DNA from: Candidatus Latescibacterota bacterium
GTDB taxonomy: Bacteria > Latescibacterota > UBA2968 > UBA8231
NCBI GenBank assembly: GCA_965248355.1
Contig: OZ252098.1
Location: 704,001 to 768,000 of the forward strand
DNA length: 64,000 nt
Direction of reading: 5' to 3'
A program made the translations under genes and the position numbers. Under the pieces are notes generated by a model, which made no database searches, was not told the origin of the DNA, and was given only the letters and a program-made list of their open reading frames with translations. Of the stretch, positions 1 through 10,297 are shown piece after piece (the first letter of the stretch is position 1; every line of letters starts with the position of its first letter).

Positions 1-352
1 GCAGAAGGTCGAGCTCGCCCAGTACATGGCGACCAGGGCCCGGAAGGACGGGCACGACATCTCCCATCGCCTCGAGTGCATCGAGCAGCAGCTGCTGCTG
101 TTGCAGCAGTTGGGCCGCGTCGACGGCGGCGAAGGGCCCCGGCGCCGCCGCCCGGGCCCGGCGCGGCCGTTGGTCGTCGACTCCCCGTCGCCGGACCCGG
201 TCCCGCCGCCGCCGGCGGAGGCCCCCCTGCTGCTGGAGGCCCGGCGGCTGAAGGCGAGGCAGCAGGAGCTGCGCGAGGTGATGGCCTTCCTGCAGGAGCG
301 CATCGACGCCTTTGGCGAGCGCCTGGCGCAGATCCTCGGTGGCGCCGAATAG
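1..352 (+). CDS. Hypothetical protein, 3' part (coiled-coil segments); probably begins before the window
   Basis: Frame is open from the window start through ATG 26 to TAG 352, with GC-rich codon usage. Confidence 0.5.
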   Translation, partial: QKVELAQYMATRARKDGHDISHRLECIEQQLLLLQQLGRVDGGEGPRRRRPGPARPLVVDSPSPDPVPPPPAEAPLLLEARRLKARQQELREVMAFLQERIDAFGERLAQILGGAE

Positions 353-394
353 GCGCCCCGCGCCTCCCCGTTCCGGGGCTCCGGAGCCGTCCCC

Positions 395-1150
395 TTGACC
401 GACGATTTCACCCGCGCCTTCGAGGAGCTCTGGGTCGAGTTCCGGGCGCGCTGGTGCGATTCCCGCGACCTGGGGGGCGCGCGGGCCTTCCACCACGACG
501 AGGTGAAGATCCCCATGCTGCACCGGGTGGTGCAGGCGAGCGCGGCCGCCGGCGAGACCGACCGGCTCATCGACGCGGCCCTGCGCCACTTCCGGGAGAA
601 GGCCTTCGACTGCGCCTTCACCCTGACGCCGCTGGACCGTCCCGCCGATCTTGGTGACCGCCTGCTGCGGCGGGGGTTCGCCCTCGAGGTCCGGGCCACG
701 GCCATGCTCTGCGACGGTCCCGCCGAGCCGCTGCCGGAGACGGACGTGGAAGTCAGCGTGCCCGAGGCCGGCGAGCACGGCCTCTGGGCCGAGGTCATGT
801 GCCGGAGCTTCGGCCATCCGCCCGAGGCCGGGGAACTCGGCCGGACCGTCCTCGACATCCCCCAGGTGCGGCTCTACCTGGCCCGGCGCGGCGGCGAGCC
901 GGCCGGCACCGCCCTGCTCTACTCGGCCTGCGGCATGGGCTACGTGGACCTGGTGGCCACCCTGCCCGGACACCGCCGCCAGGGGGTCGCCTCGGCCCTG
1001 GTGGCGCGCGCCGCGGAGGACTCCCGGGCCCTGGGCCACCGCTGGACCTCGCTGGAGACCGAGTGCGACAGCGGCGCCGAGAGGGTTTACCGCCGCCGCG
1101 GCTTCCGCCGCATGCACCTCCGTCCGCGCTACGTCCGGGCGGCCGGCTGA
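395..1150 (+). CDS. GNAT family N-acetyltransferase
   Basis: C-terminal acetyl-CoA binding motif VATLPGHRRQGVASAL...VYRRRGF. Confidence 0.85.
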   Translation: MTDDFTRAFEELWVEFRARWCDSRDLGGARAFHHDEVKIPMLHRVVQASAAAGETDRLIDAALRHFREKAFDCAFTLTPLDRPADLGDRLLRRGFALEVRATAMLCDGPAEPLPETDVEVSVPEAGEHGLWAEVMCRSFGHPPEAGELGRTVLDIPQVRLYLARRGGEPAGTALLYSACGMGYVDLVATLPGHRRQGVASALVARAAEDSRALGHRWTSLETECDSGAERVYRRRGFRRMHLRPRYVRAAG

Positions 1151-1178
1151 GCCCCGCGCCGGCCGCCCTGCGCCGCTC

Positions 1179-2012
1179 GTGAACTCCCTGGCCCGACTGC
1201 GGCGCCGACTCGACCCGGGCGGCCCCGTCATCGACGCCCACGTCCACCCCCTCGACAACTTCGGCGGCTTCCCGCTGTCGGGCGCCGCCGAGGACGCCCA
1301 GCGGCTGGGCGCCGCCGCCCGGCGGTCCGGGATCACGCGGGCCGTCCTGTTCTCCCTGCACTCGAGCGTCCCGAGGGAGCCGGCCGCCGCCCAGTGCCGC
1401 CAGGCCAACGACTACGCCCTGGCCATGCGCGACCTCTCGCAGGGCTTCTTCCTGCCCTTCTGCTACGTCACGCCGGCGCACCCCGAGGCGTCGGTGGCCG
1501 AGATCGACCGCTGCGTCGCCGGGGAGGGGATGGTGGGCGTCAAGCTGTGGGTGGCCCGGCGCGCCTGCGAGCCCGGCCTCGACCCGATCCTGGCGCGCTC
1601 GGTGGAGCTCGACGTGCCGGTGCTGCAGCACGCCTGGCGCAAGACCACGGGCAATCTGGCGGGCGAGTCCTTCCCGGGGGACGTGGCCCACCTGGCCCGC
1701 CGCCACCCGCAGGCGCGGATCATCATGGCCCATCTCAACGGCTGCAACCCCCGCGGCATCGAGGACGTGCGGGACTGCGGCAACGTCTTCGTGGACACCT
1801 CGGGAGGCGATCCGGAGAGCGGCATGGTGGAGCTGGCGGTGCGGCGCCTGGGCCCCGGGCGCGTGGTCTACGGCTCGGACGCGCCCATCCGCCACTTCGG
1901 CGTCACCCTGGCCAAGGTCCTGGGGGCCGACCTGGAGGCCGCCGACAAGCGCCGCATCCTGTGGGACAACCTGCTCGGGCTGCTGCCGGCGCGGGCCGGC
2001 CTGGGGGATTGA
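1179..2012 (+). CDS. Amidohydrolase_2 family metal-dependent hydrolase
   Basis: IDAHVH, GVKLW, LQHAW, MAHL and YGSDAP motifs; start set at GTG 1179 after the upstream stop. Confidence 0.85.
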   Translation: MNSLARLRRRLDPGGPVIDAHVHPLDNFGGFPLSGAAEDAQRLGAAARRSGITRAVLFSLHSSVPREPAAAQCRQANDYALAMRDLSQGFFLPFCYVTPAHPEASVAEIDRCVAGEGMVGVKLWVARRACEPGLDPILARSVELDVPVLQHAWRKTTGNLAGESFPGDVAHLARRHPQARIIMAHLNGCNPRGIEDVRDCGNVFVDTSGGDPESGMVELAVRRLGPGRVVYGSDAPIRHFGVTLAKVLGADLEAADKRRILWDNLLGLLPARAGLGD

Positions 2013-2020
2013 GGGGTCCT

Positions 2021-2779
2021 TTGGAGACCGTCGACGTCTGCGCCTGGACCGGCCACTGGGGCGCCCTGCGGCTTCCCGGCGGGCCGGGCCGGGTGGTGGC
2101 CTCCCTGGAGGAGGCGGGGGTGGACCGCGTGCTCCTGTCGCCCCTGGACGCCGCCTTCGCCCACAACCCGCACCTGGCCAACGCCGATGTCTACGAGGCG
2201 GCGGCGCGCTTCGCCCCGGTGCGGCCCGTCCCCGTCCTCGACCCCGGTCTGGCCACCTGGCGCGAGGAGCTGGATCTGGCCGTCGAGCGGGGGGCGCCCG
2301 CCGTGCGCTGGCTGCCGGCCTACGGCGGCTACGACCTGAAGGACGGCGACGAGTGCGCCGCCGCCGTGGGCGAGGCCGGGCTGGTCCTGTTCGTGCAGAC
2401 GCGGCTGGAGGATCCTCGACGGCAGCATCCCGGGGCCGTGGTCCACGACGTGGATCCAGCCGGGATAGCGGATCTGGCGCGGCGGAATCCCGGGGTGCCG
2501 GTGGTCATCGGCGGCGCCACCTGGAAGGCGATCCTCGATCTGGGGCCCCGGATCCTCGCCCTGGACCGGCTCCATGCCGACGTCTCCCAGGCCGACGGCA
2601 TGGACAGCCTGCTGCGCATGGTGGAGGCGGGCCTGACGCCGCGGCTGCTCTTCGGCACCCACGCCCCGTTCTTCGTGCCCCTGGCCGGTCTGGCCCGGGT
2701 CGTCCTCGACCTGGAGGCGGCCCCGGCCGAGGCGATCCTCGGGGGCAACGCCCGGCGGCTGCTGCCTCAGCCGCCCTGA
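2021..2779 (+). CDS. Amidohydrolase-fold protein with degenerate metal ligands
   Basis: TTG 2021 after GAGGGG; VDVCAWTGHW, LLFGTHAP and ILGGNARRLL resemble amidohydrolase_2. Confidence 0.75.
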   Translation: METVDVCAWTGHWGALRLPGGPGRVVASLEEAGVDRVLLSPLDAAFAHNPHLANADVYEAAARFAPVRPVPVLDPGLATWREELDLAVERGAPAVRWLPAYGGYDLKDGDECAAAVGEAGLVLFVQTRLEDPRRQHPGAVVHDVDPAGIADLARRNPGVPVVIGGATWKAILDLGPRILALDRLHADVSQADGMDSLLRMVEAGLTPRLLFGTHAPFFVPLAGLARVVLDLEAAPAEAILGGNARRLLPQPP

Positions 2780-3879
2780 GCCGCGGCCCGCTCCCGTCTC
2801 ACCCGGGCCGGCACGCCGTCCTCGCGGATCTCGGAGGACAGGATGCCCAGGCCGCGGTCGGCCAGGGGCAGGTCGACCTTGACGCCGCCCCGGCGGTGGG
2901 ACTCGCGCAGGGCCACGGCCACCTCCAGCGCCGCCCGGCCGTCGTCGCCGGAGCAGCGCGGGTCGCCGCCGGACTCGACGCAGCGGATCAGGTCGTCGAC
3001 GATGGTCAGGCCCATGCCCTGCATGCGCGCCGGCCAGGGGAAGGGCACCCGCGCCGCCAGTCCGCGGTTGCGGGGGCCCCCCGGCACCGGCTGCCACATC
3101 TCCCAGTCCAGGGCGTTGGACCCCGAGCGCACCCGGCCCCCGGTGCCGATCACGTCCACCTCCCAGGAGGCGAGTCCGCCCTCGGTCGATCGCAGGTAGG
3201 CGCGGACGCCGTTGTCGAAGGCGAGGTAGCCGTTGCCCTGCAGGTCGGTCTCGCCGGCGGCGGCTTCGTCGGACTCCATCTCGCCGAAGACCCAGTTCAC
3301 CTGGCCGCCGGCGAGGTAGCGGATGATGTCGATGGCGTGGGAGCCGTTGTGGGACAGGCCGCACTGGGCGTAGGCCGTGATCTGCAGCAGCCGCCCCAGG
3401 TCCCCGGTCTCGATGCGCCGCCGGGTCTCGGCGAAGAACGGGTTCCAGCGCCGGGCGCAGTTGACGGCCAGGGCGGCGCCGTGGCGGCGGCAGACGGCGA
3501 CCATGTCGTCGGCCTCGGACAGGGTCAGGGCCAGGGGCTTCTCCGCCCAGATGGCCCGCACCCCGGCGGCGGCGCAGTCGAGGACGATGCGGTGGCGGAC
3601 CCGGGCGGTGGTGCACACGCTCACCAGGTCGGGCCGTTCCTCGGCGAGCATTTCCCGGTAGTCGGCGTAGAGGCGGCCGGCCTCCAGGCCCCAGCGCTCG
3701 CCGAAGATGGCCCGCTGCCCGTCGTGGGGGTCGGCGCCGGCCGCCAGCTCGACCTGGGGGTGGGCGTGGTAGCTGGGGCCGTGGCAGTAGGGCAGGAAGA
3801 TCGAGCCGCCCCACTCCATCTCGTCGTCGAAGGTGCTGCCCATGCGGCCGAGGCCGATCACGGCGGCGCGGTACGGCAT
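2767..3879 (-). CDS. Gfo/Idh/MocA family NAD(P)-dependent oxidoreductase
   Basis: AAVIGLGRMG Rossmann motif, AEKPLA, HNGSHAID; GGAGA RBS upstream of ATG 3879. Confidence 0.9.
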   Translation of the reverse strand: MPYRAAVIGLGRMGSTFDDEMEWGGSIFLPYCHGPSYHAHPQVELAAGADPHDGQRAIFGERWGLEAGRLYADYREMLAEERPDLVSVCTTARVRHRIVLDCAAAGVRAIWAEKPLALTLSEADDMVAVCRRHGAALAVNCARRWNPFFAETRRRIETGDLGRLLQITAYAQCGLSHNGSHAIDIIRYLAGGQVNWVFGEMESDEAAAGETDLQGNGYLAFDNGVRAYLRSTEGGLASWEVDVIGTGGRVRSGSNALDWEMWQPVPGGPRNRGLAARVPFPWPARMQGMGLTIVDDLIRCVESGGDPRCSGDDGRAALEVAVALRESHRRGGVKVDLPLADRGLGILSSEIREDGVPARVRRERAAAQGG

Positions 3880-4042
3880 CGGGATTCTCCTCGGAATCGG
3901 GTCCGGTTGAGGGTCACCGGAAGGAAAGCGGCGCCCCTTGCCCCTGTCCACCGGCGGCGGGTACCCTTGCGTCTTCCGCCCTGGCCCCGCTGCCGCGGAC
4001 GGGCGTGTTCCCGCGGCGGCCACGACGACGGCTGAGGACCCC

Positions 4043-4840
4043 GTGCGCATCTACGGCATCTCCGACCTGCACGTCGACTTCGCCGCCAACCTCGAGCAGG
4101 TGGCCTCCCTGCCCGTGGGGCCCCACCGAGGCGACACCCTGCTGGTGGCCGGCGACGTCTCCCACCGCATGGACCGCACCGAGCAGGCCCTCGCCCTGCT
4201 GGCGGCGCGCTTCGAGCGGGTCTTCCTCGTGCCGGGCAACCACGACCTGTGGGTGGAGGACGGGAAGCCCCTCCCGGAGGGGGCGGGGGAGAGCTCCCTG
4301 GACCGCCTGGAAGCCCTGAAGCGCCTGGCCCGCCGGATCGGCGTCGAGATGGGACCGGGCGGCGCCGGTCCGGAGTGGTGGATTCTGCCCCTCCATGGTT
4401 GGTATGAGCCGGGCTTCGGCGCCGACGGCGCCCCGGAGGAGGAGATGTCGCGGCACTGGTCGGACCCCAACCGCTGCCGCTGGCCGCCGGAGCAGTCGAG
4501 CGACGTGGACCGCTGCGCCTATTTCGAGGAGTTGAACGGGCCGGCCCTGGGACCGCCGCCGGGCCGCCGCGTGCTGAGCTTCTCCCACTTCGTACCGCGG
4601 CCGGAGCTGATCCCGCCGCTGGAGGGGCTGCGGTTCAAGCAGTTGCCGCGCGTGGCCGGCACCCTGCGGCTGGACCGCCAGTTGCGCGCCGCGGGGTCGC
4701 GGCTGCACCTCTTCGGCCACACCCACATCCCCTGGGACGCCGTCATCGACGGGGTGCGCTACGTGCAGCGCCCCCTGGCCTATCCCCACGAGCGCGCCCG
4801 CCGGGGCCGGCCGGGGATCGAGCTGCTGCGGCTGGTCTGA
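4043..4840 (+). CDS. Calcineurin-like metallophosphoesterase
   Basis: SDLH, AGDVS, PGNHD, SHF and FGHTH motifs. Confidence 0.9.
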   Translation: MRIYGISDLHVDFAANLEQVASLPVGPHRGDTLLVAGDVSHRMDRTEQALALLAARFERVFLVPGNHDLWVEDGKPLPEGAGESSLDRLEALKRLARRIGVEMGPGGAGPEWWILPLHGWYEPGFGADGAPEEEMSRHWSDPNRCRWPPEQSSDVDRCAYFEELNGPALGPPPGRRVLSFSHFVPRPELIPPLEGLRFKQLPRVAGTLRLDRQLRAAGSRLHLFGHTHIPWDAVIDGVRYVQRPLAYPHERARRGRPGIELLRLV

Positions 4841-4851
4841 GGGGGAGGGGG

Positions 4852-6096
4852 CTACTCGTAGCGCAGGGCGTCGATGGGGTTCAGCAGGGCCGCCTGGCGG
4901 GCCGGGTAGTAGCCGAAGCCGATGCCCACGGCGGCGGCCACTCCGAAGGCGAGGGCGATGGTCCACGGCTGGACGATCGTCTTCCACTCGGCGTAGAGGG
5001 TGATGACCTCGGTCATGAAGTAGCCGAGCAGCACGCCGATGACGCCGCCGATGAGGCTCACCATCACCGCCTCCACCAGGAACTGGGCGAGCACGTCGCG
5101 CCGGCGGGCGCCCAAGGCCCGGCGGATGCCGATCTCCCGGGTGCGCTCGAGCACGGAGGCGAGCATGATGTTCATGATGCCGATGCCGCCCACCATGAGG
5201 GAGATGCCGGCGATGCAGCCCATGACGATGTTGAAGATCGCCTGGGTGCGCTGGCTCTGGCGCATGAGTTCCTCGGGGATGGCGATCTTGAAGTCGTCCA
5301 CCCCGCGGTGGCGCCGCTGCAGGATGGCGCGCACGATGTTGGCCGCCTCCTGCAGGCGGCCGGCCTCCGCCACCTTCACCGTGATCTGGGTCAGCTCGGG
5401 GTCGGTGGGCTCCCACTTGAACCGCTTGAGGATCGTGTTCAGCGGGATGTAGATGTCCTCGTCGGTGTTCCGCACCTCGAGGACGCCGCCGATCTTGCCG
5501 CCGGCCGCGCCCTTGTCCTGGAGGACGCCGACCACGGTGAACCACTGGTCCTGGACCTTGATCGGCTGGCCCAGGGCCTCCTCGAAGTAGAACAGGGCGC
5601 GCTTGGCGTCGCTGCCGAGGACGCAGACGCGCCGCGCCTGCAGCAGGTCCTCCTCCGACAGGAAGACGCCCTCCTTCAGGGTGGCGTCGAGGACCTGGAT
5701 GTACTCGGGGGTGGTGCCCACGAGCATGGTCTGGAAGGAGTTGCTGCGGTGGCGGGCCTTGACCTTCAGCTCCCGCTGGGGGGTCACGGTCCTGGCCAGG
5801 GGGCAGATCTCGCGCACCGCCCGGGCGTCGGCCCGGGTCAGCCCCTGCGACAGGTTGCTGCTGCCGGACTCTCCGCCGGTTCCCTCCTCCTCGGGGTTCC
5901 AGTGCTGCACGATGATGTTGTGGATCCCCATCTGGCTGATCTGGTGCAGGGCCTCCTGCTTGGCCCCCTCGCCGATGGAGAGCATGGCGATGACGGCGCC
6001 GACGCCGAAGATGATGCCGAGCATGGTGAGGACGGTGCGCAGCTTGTGGGACAGAAGTCCCGTCACGGACAGGTCGAAGGTCTCGCGCAGGTCCAC
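4852..6096 (-). CDS. MacB/FtsX-like ABC transporter permease
   Basis: LRTVLTMLGIIFGVGAVIAM and VGGIGIMNIMLASVLERTREIGIRRALGA motifs. Confidence 0.95.
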   Translation of the reverse strand: MDLRETFDLSVTGLLSHKLRTVLTMLGIIFGVGAVIAMLSIGEGAKQEALHQISQMGIHNIIVQHWNPEEEGTGGESGSSNLSQGLTRADARAVREICPLARTVTPQRELKVKARHRSNSFQTMLVGTTPEYIQVLDATLKEGVFLSEEDLLQARRVCVLGSDAKRALFYFEEALGQPIKVQDQWFTVVGVLQDKGAAGGKIGGVLEVRNTDEDIYIPLNTILKRFKWEPTDPELTQITVKVAEAGRLQEAANIVRAILQRRHRGVDDFKIAIPEELMRQSQRTQAIFNIVMGCIAGISLMVGGIGIMNIMLASVLERTREIGIRRALGARRRDVLAQFLVEAVMVSLIGGVIGVLLGYFMTEVITLYAEWKTIVQPWTIALAFGVAAAVGIGFGYYPARQAALLNPIDALRYE

Positions 6097-6101
6097 GGCC
6101 G

Positions 6102-7466
6102 CTACTCCAGCGAGGCGGCGGCCGGCTCCGCCTCCTGCTCCTCCTCGACGCCGCCGAGCTTCTCCAGCACCGCCGTCGGGTCGCGCAGGGCGACCCGGTC
6201 GCTGCCGCCCAGCCCCTCCTCGACGATCACGTAGTTCTCGTTGCGCGATCCCAGGGCGACCTCCTGCTCCACCGGCTGGCCGGCCTGGATCCGGTAGACG
6301 AGGGTGCGGCCGCCCTTCTCGAAGACGGCGTCGATGGGGATGTAGAGGGGGATCCCGGCCACCTCGGTCTCTTCGGCCTCCTCGATCTCGGTGTCGTCCC
6401 GCGCGGGGCGCGGGGGGATGGTCTCGACGATGACCTCGCAGGCGGCGGTCATGCCCGGCTTCAGGCGGGCGTCCTCCTCGTCGATCTCCACGAGGATGTC
6501 GAAGACCTGCACGTTCTTGTCGCCCTCCTTCTCGTGACCGAGGGAGGCGATGTTGGAGATCTTCCCGTGGAAGACCGGCCCGGGCAGGGCGTCGAGGCGG
6601 ATCAGGACCTCGTTGCCCACCTCGAGCTTGTCCACGTCGACCTCGTTGACCCAGGTCTTGACCTGCATGCGCGACAGGTCGGGCAGGGTGATCAGGGTCT
6701 GCCCGCCCCAGGGCTCGTCGCCGACGCGGATCTTCTCGTTCCGGCCACCCTTCCAGACCCTCTGGTAGACCACGAGGCCGGGCTTCCCGGCGTGGATGGT
6801 GAGCGACTCCAGGTCCCTCTGCGCTCTCTCCAGGCCCCGCTCCTCGTCGGCCACGCGCAGCTCCTGCTTGGTGCGCTCGGCCTCGTCCACGATGCGCTGG
6901 GCCTCGATCTTCTTGCGCGCCTGCTCCAGGGCCAGCTCCGCCTGGCGGGTCTTGAGCTTGGCCTCCTCCCGGTCGATGAAGGACTCGAACTTCATCTTCT
7001 CCATCTGCAGCTCGGCCAGGCGGAGGGAGGCTTCCTTGTTCTCGATGTCGGCCTCCTGGCGGGCCATCTCCACCCCCTGGTTGGCCAGGGTCTTGCCCTG
7101 CTCGGCCTTCGCCGCCTGCAGCTCGTGTTCCTCCTCGGTGACCTTCTTCTCGAACTCGACGCGGTCGAACTCGATGACCAGGTCTCCCACCTCCACGATC
7201 TCGCCCTCGGGGAAGAGGTGGGTGATCTTGAGCTGGCCGCGCACCCTGGGGGAGGTGATCTGCTCGGACTTGACCGCCTCCAGCTCGCCGTCCTTCAGGT
7301 GCAGGGAGATGACGAACTCGCCCTGCTTGACGGGGAAGGAGGCGACGGCGGCGGCCTGCTCCTTCAGCAGCAGGTGGGAGGTGGCCACCGCCGCGGCCAC
7401 CAGGAGCAGGATGCCCCCGGCCAGCAGGAGGGTCCGGGTACCGGTGGAGCGGGTCTTCGCGGGCAT
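6102..7466 (-). CDS. Efflux periplasmic adaptor (HlyD/MacA-like membrane fusion protein)
   Basis: N-terminal anchor, coiled hairpin, VNEVDV..L..G, LKPGMTA. Confidence 0.9.
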   Translation of the reverse strand: MPAKTRSTGTRTLLLAGGILLLVAAAVATSHLLLKEQAAAVASFPVKQGEFVISLHLKDGELEAVKSEQITSPRVRGQLKITHLFPEGEIVEVGDLVIEFDRVEFEKKVTEEEHELQAAKAEQGKTLANQGVEMARQEADIENKEASLRLAELQMEKMKFESFIDREEAKLKTRQAELALEQARKKIEAQRIVDEAERTKQELRVADEERGLERAQRDLESLTIHAGKPGLVVYQRVWKGGRNEKIRVGDEPWGGQTLITLPDLSRMQVKTWVNEVDVDKLEVGNEVLIRLDALPGPVFHGKISNIASLGHEKEGDKNVQVFDILVEIDEEDARLKPGMTAACEVIVETIPPRPARDDTEIEEAEETEVAGIPLYIPIDAVFEKGGRTLVYRIQAGQPVEQEVALGSRNENYVIVEEGLGGSDRVALRDPTAVLEKLGGVEEEQEAEPAAASLE

Positions 7467-7476
7467 GACCTCTCTC

Positions 7477-8709
7477 CTACTTCAGGTCCGGATCGCGAAG
7501 GGCGACGGCGTCGCCCTCCTGCAGGCCCTCGTCGATGACGATCCTCAGGCCGTTGGCCTCGCCCACGGACACGTCCACGGCCTCGAAGCCGGCGGACCCG
7601 CGGCGCCAGGCGACGGTGCCCTCGCCCCGCAGGTGGACGGCGCCGAGGGGCAGGGTCAGGACATCGGGCCGGGTCTCGAGAATGACCTCCACCGACGCGG
7701 ACATGCCCGGCAGGAGCCGGTCGTCCTGCTCGGTGATGTCGACGATCATCTCGAAGACCTGCACGTTGGGGGCGCCCTCCTTCTCGGCGGCCATGGGGGC
7801 CACGTCGCGGACGACGCCGTGGAAGACGGGCCCCTGCAGGGCCTCGAGCCGGATCAGGGCCGGGAGCCCCGCCTCCACCGAGTGCACGTCCATCTCGCCC
7901 ACCTGGGACACGACCTGCATGGAGTCGAGCTCCGGCAGGGCCAGCAGGCTCATGCCGCCCCAGACCATGTCGCCTTCCTTCACCTTGCCCCGCCGGCCGG
8001 CCCCGCGCTTGCGGATCACCTCGTGGACGACGATGCCCGGACGGGAGGCGCGCACGCTGAGCCGCTCGTAGTCGGACAGGGCGCGTTCGTAGTCCTGCTG
8101 ACGGTGGGCGATGCGGATCTCCATGTGGGACCGCTCGACGCGCTCCACGATCTCCTGGGCCTCGAGGTTGGCGCGCGCCTGCTTCAGGGCGCGCTCGGCC
8201 TGGCCCACGCCGATGCGGGCCTCCTCGCGCTCGATGGACGAGCCGTACTCCGACTTCTGCAGGCTGATCCGGGACAGCTCGAGGGCCGCCTTCTTCTGCT
8301 CAACCTGCATGGTCAGCTCGGCGCGCTGCCGTTTCTGCACGGCCTCGAACTTGGTCAGGTCGGCCCGGGCCTGCTCGAGCCGGCCGGCCTCTTCCTTCAC
8401 GTCCTCGGCGTGCCGGGTGCGGTCGAACTGGAGGATCAGGTCCCCGGGCTCCACCTGCTCTCCCTCCGGCCACAAGTGCACGATCTTGAGGTCGCCGCGC
8501 ACCCGCGGGGAGACGACCTTCTCGTCCCGGGCGGCGCGCAGCTGGCCGGCCTCCACCTGGGTGCGGCGGAACTCGCCGCGGGTGACGGTGGCCGTGGGCA
8601 CGGCGTCGCCCGCCGGGCCGTCGAAGAAGGCGCTCACGGCGACGGCCGCCCCGGCCAGGCCGGCGGTCACGCACCCGGCGCCGATCCACCGTCTCCCGGC
8701 CGGACCCAC
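7477..8709 (-). CDS. Second efflux periplasmic adaptor (paralogue)
   Basis: SPRVRG.LKI, VGEMDV, LLPGMSA; similar to 6102-7466. Confidence 0.9.
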   Translation of the reverse strand: MGPAGRRWIGAGCVTAGLAGAAVAVSAFFDGPAGDAVPTATVTRGEFRRTQVEAGQLRAARDEKVVSPRVRGDLKIVHLWPEGEQVEPGDLILQFDRTRHAEDVKEEAGRLEQARADLTKFEAVQKRQRAELTMQVEQKKAALELSRISLQKSEYGSSIEREEARIGVGQAERALKQARANLEAQEIVERVERSHMEIRIAHRQQDYERALSDYERLSVRASRPGIVVHEVIRKRGAGRRGKVKEGDMVWGGMSLLALPELDSMQVVSQVGEMDVHSVEAGLPALIRLEALQGPVFHGVVRDVAPMAAEKEGAPNVQVFEMIVDITEQDDRLLPGMSASVEVILETRPDVLTLPLGAVHLRGEGTVAWRRGSAGFEAVDVSVGEANGLRIVIDEGLQEGDAVALRDPDLK

Positions 8710-8712
8710 GCC

Positions 8713-9443
<731 letters not shown>

Positions 9444-9444
<1 letters not shown>

Positions 9445-10124
9445 CAGTCGTTCCCGTGGACCGGGCGCAGGAGGTCGGAGCGCACCCAGCCGGCGGTGGT
9501 GTCGGCGGGCACCCGCACCCTTGTCCAGCCGTCGCGCCCGTCCTCGGACCCCTCCTCGAGCAGCAGCACGGTGGCGGCCTCGAGCCGGGTGCTGTCGGCG
9601 GCGCCGGGGGTGCGGCGCAGACCCGCCGGCCAGGCGAGGTAGACCATGCGCCCGAGGAGGCCGTCCACGGTGCGGCGGAAGCTGTCGAGGGCGTCGCGGG
9701 CGTAGTCGTCGAAGGCGTTCACCGGTTCCGCTGCGAGGCTGTTCAGCCTCCAGGTGACCTCCAGGGTCTCGCCGGCCCGGCGGCGCAGGGCCGGGACGGC
9801 GTCCCCGGCGCCGTCCTCCAGGGAGCGCGGCCCATCGACGAGAAAGCGCGCCGTCACCAGGGCCTCGGTCTCGGGGCTGGCCGGGTTGGGCCGGGCCTGC
9901 CAGCCCTGGAGCCGGGGGTTCTCGAAGGCGGTGAGGGCGTAGGCCCGGGTGACCTCGTCGAAGGAGGCGGTGATCCCCCGGTACTCGCACTCGGCGGCGC
10001 GGACGGACTCCACGTCGAGAGCCGGGAGGCGCTCCACGGGCGTCGGCGGATCGGGGATGAGGGGGATGGCAGCGACGATGAAGAGGGCCGGAATCTGCGT
10101 GACCCGGCGCCGGGGATCGGCCAT
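9444..10124 (-). CDS. Hypothetical exported protein with a possible C-terminal SH3b domain
   Basis: Hydrophobic N-terminus; GWTRVRV...GWVRSDLL; stop overlaps the start of the ABC gene. Confidence 0.55.
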
Positions 10125-10297
10125 CAGCGCCTGGCCAGGCGACGTAAGTGGTTGAATAAGTTGAGGGTAACGGGAGAAGTGATCATGGTCAAGGGCGCGG
10201 CGGCCCGGCTGGGCACAATCATTATTATTGACACCGACGGCCATGAGGAAGTGCAGGCCCTGCTCATCACCCTGACGGTAGATCTCGGAGCGCTGCG

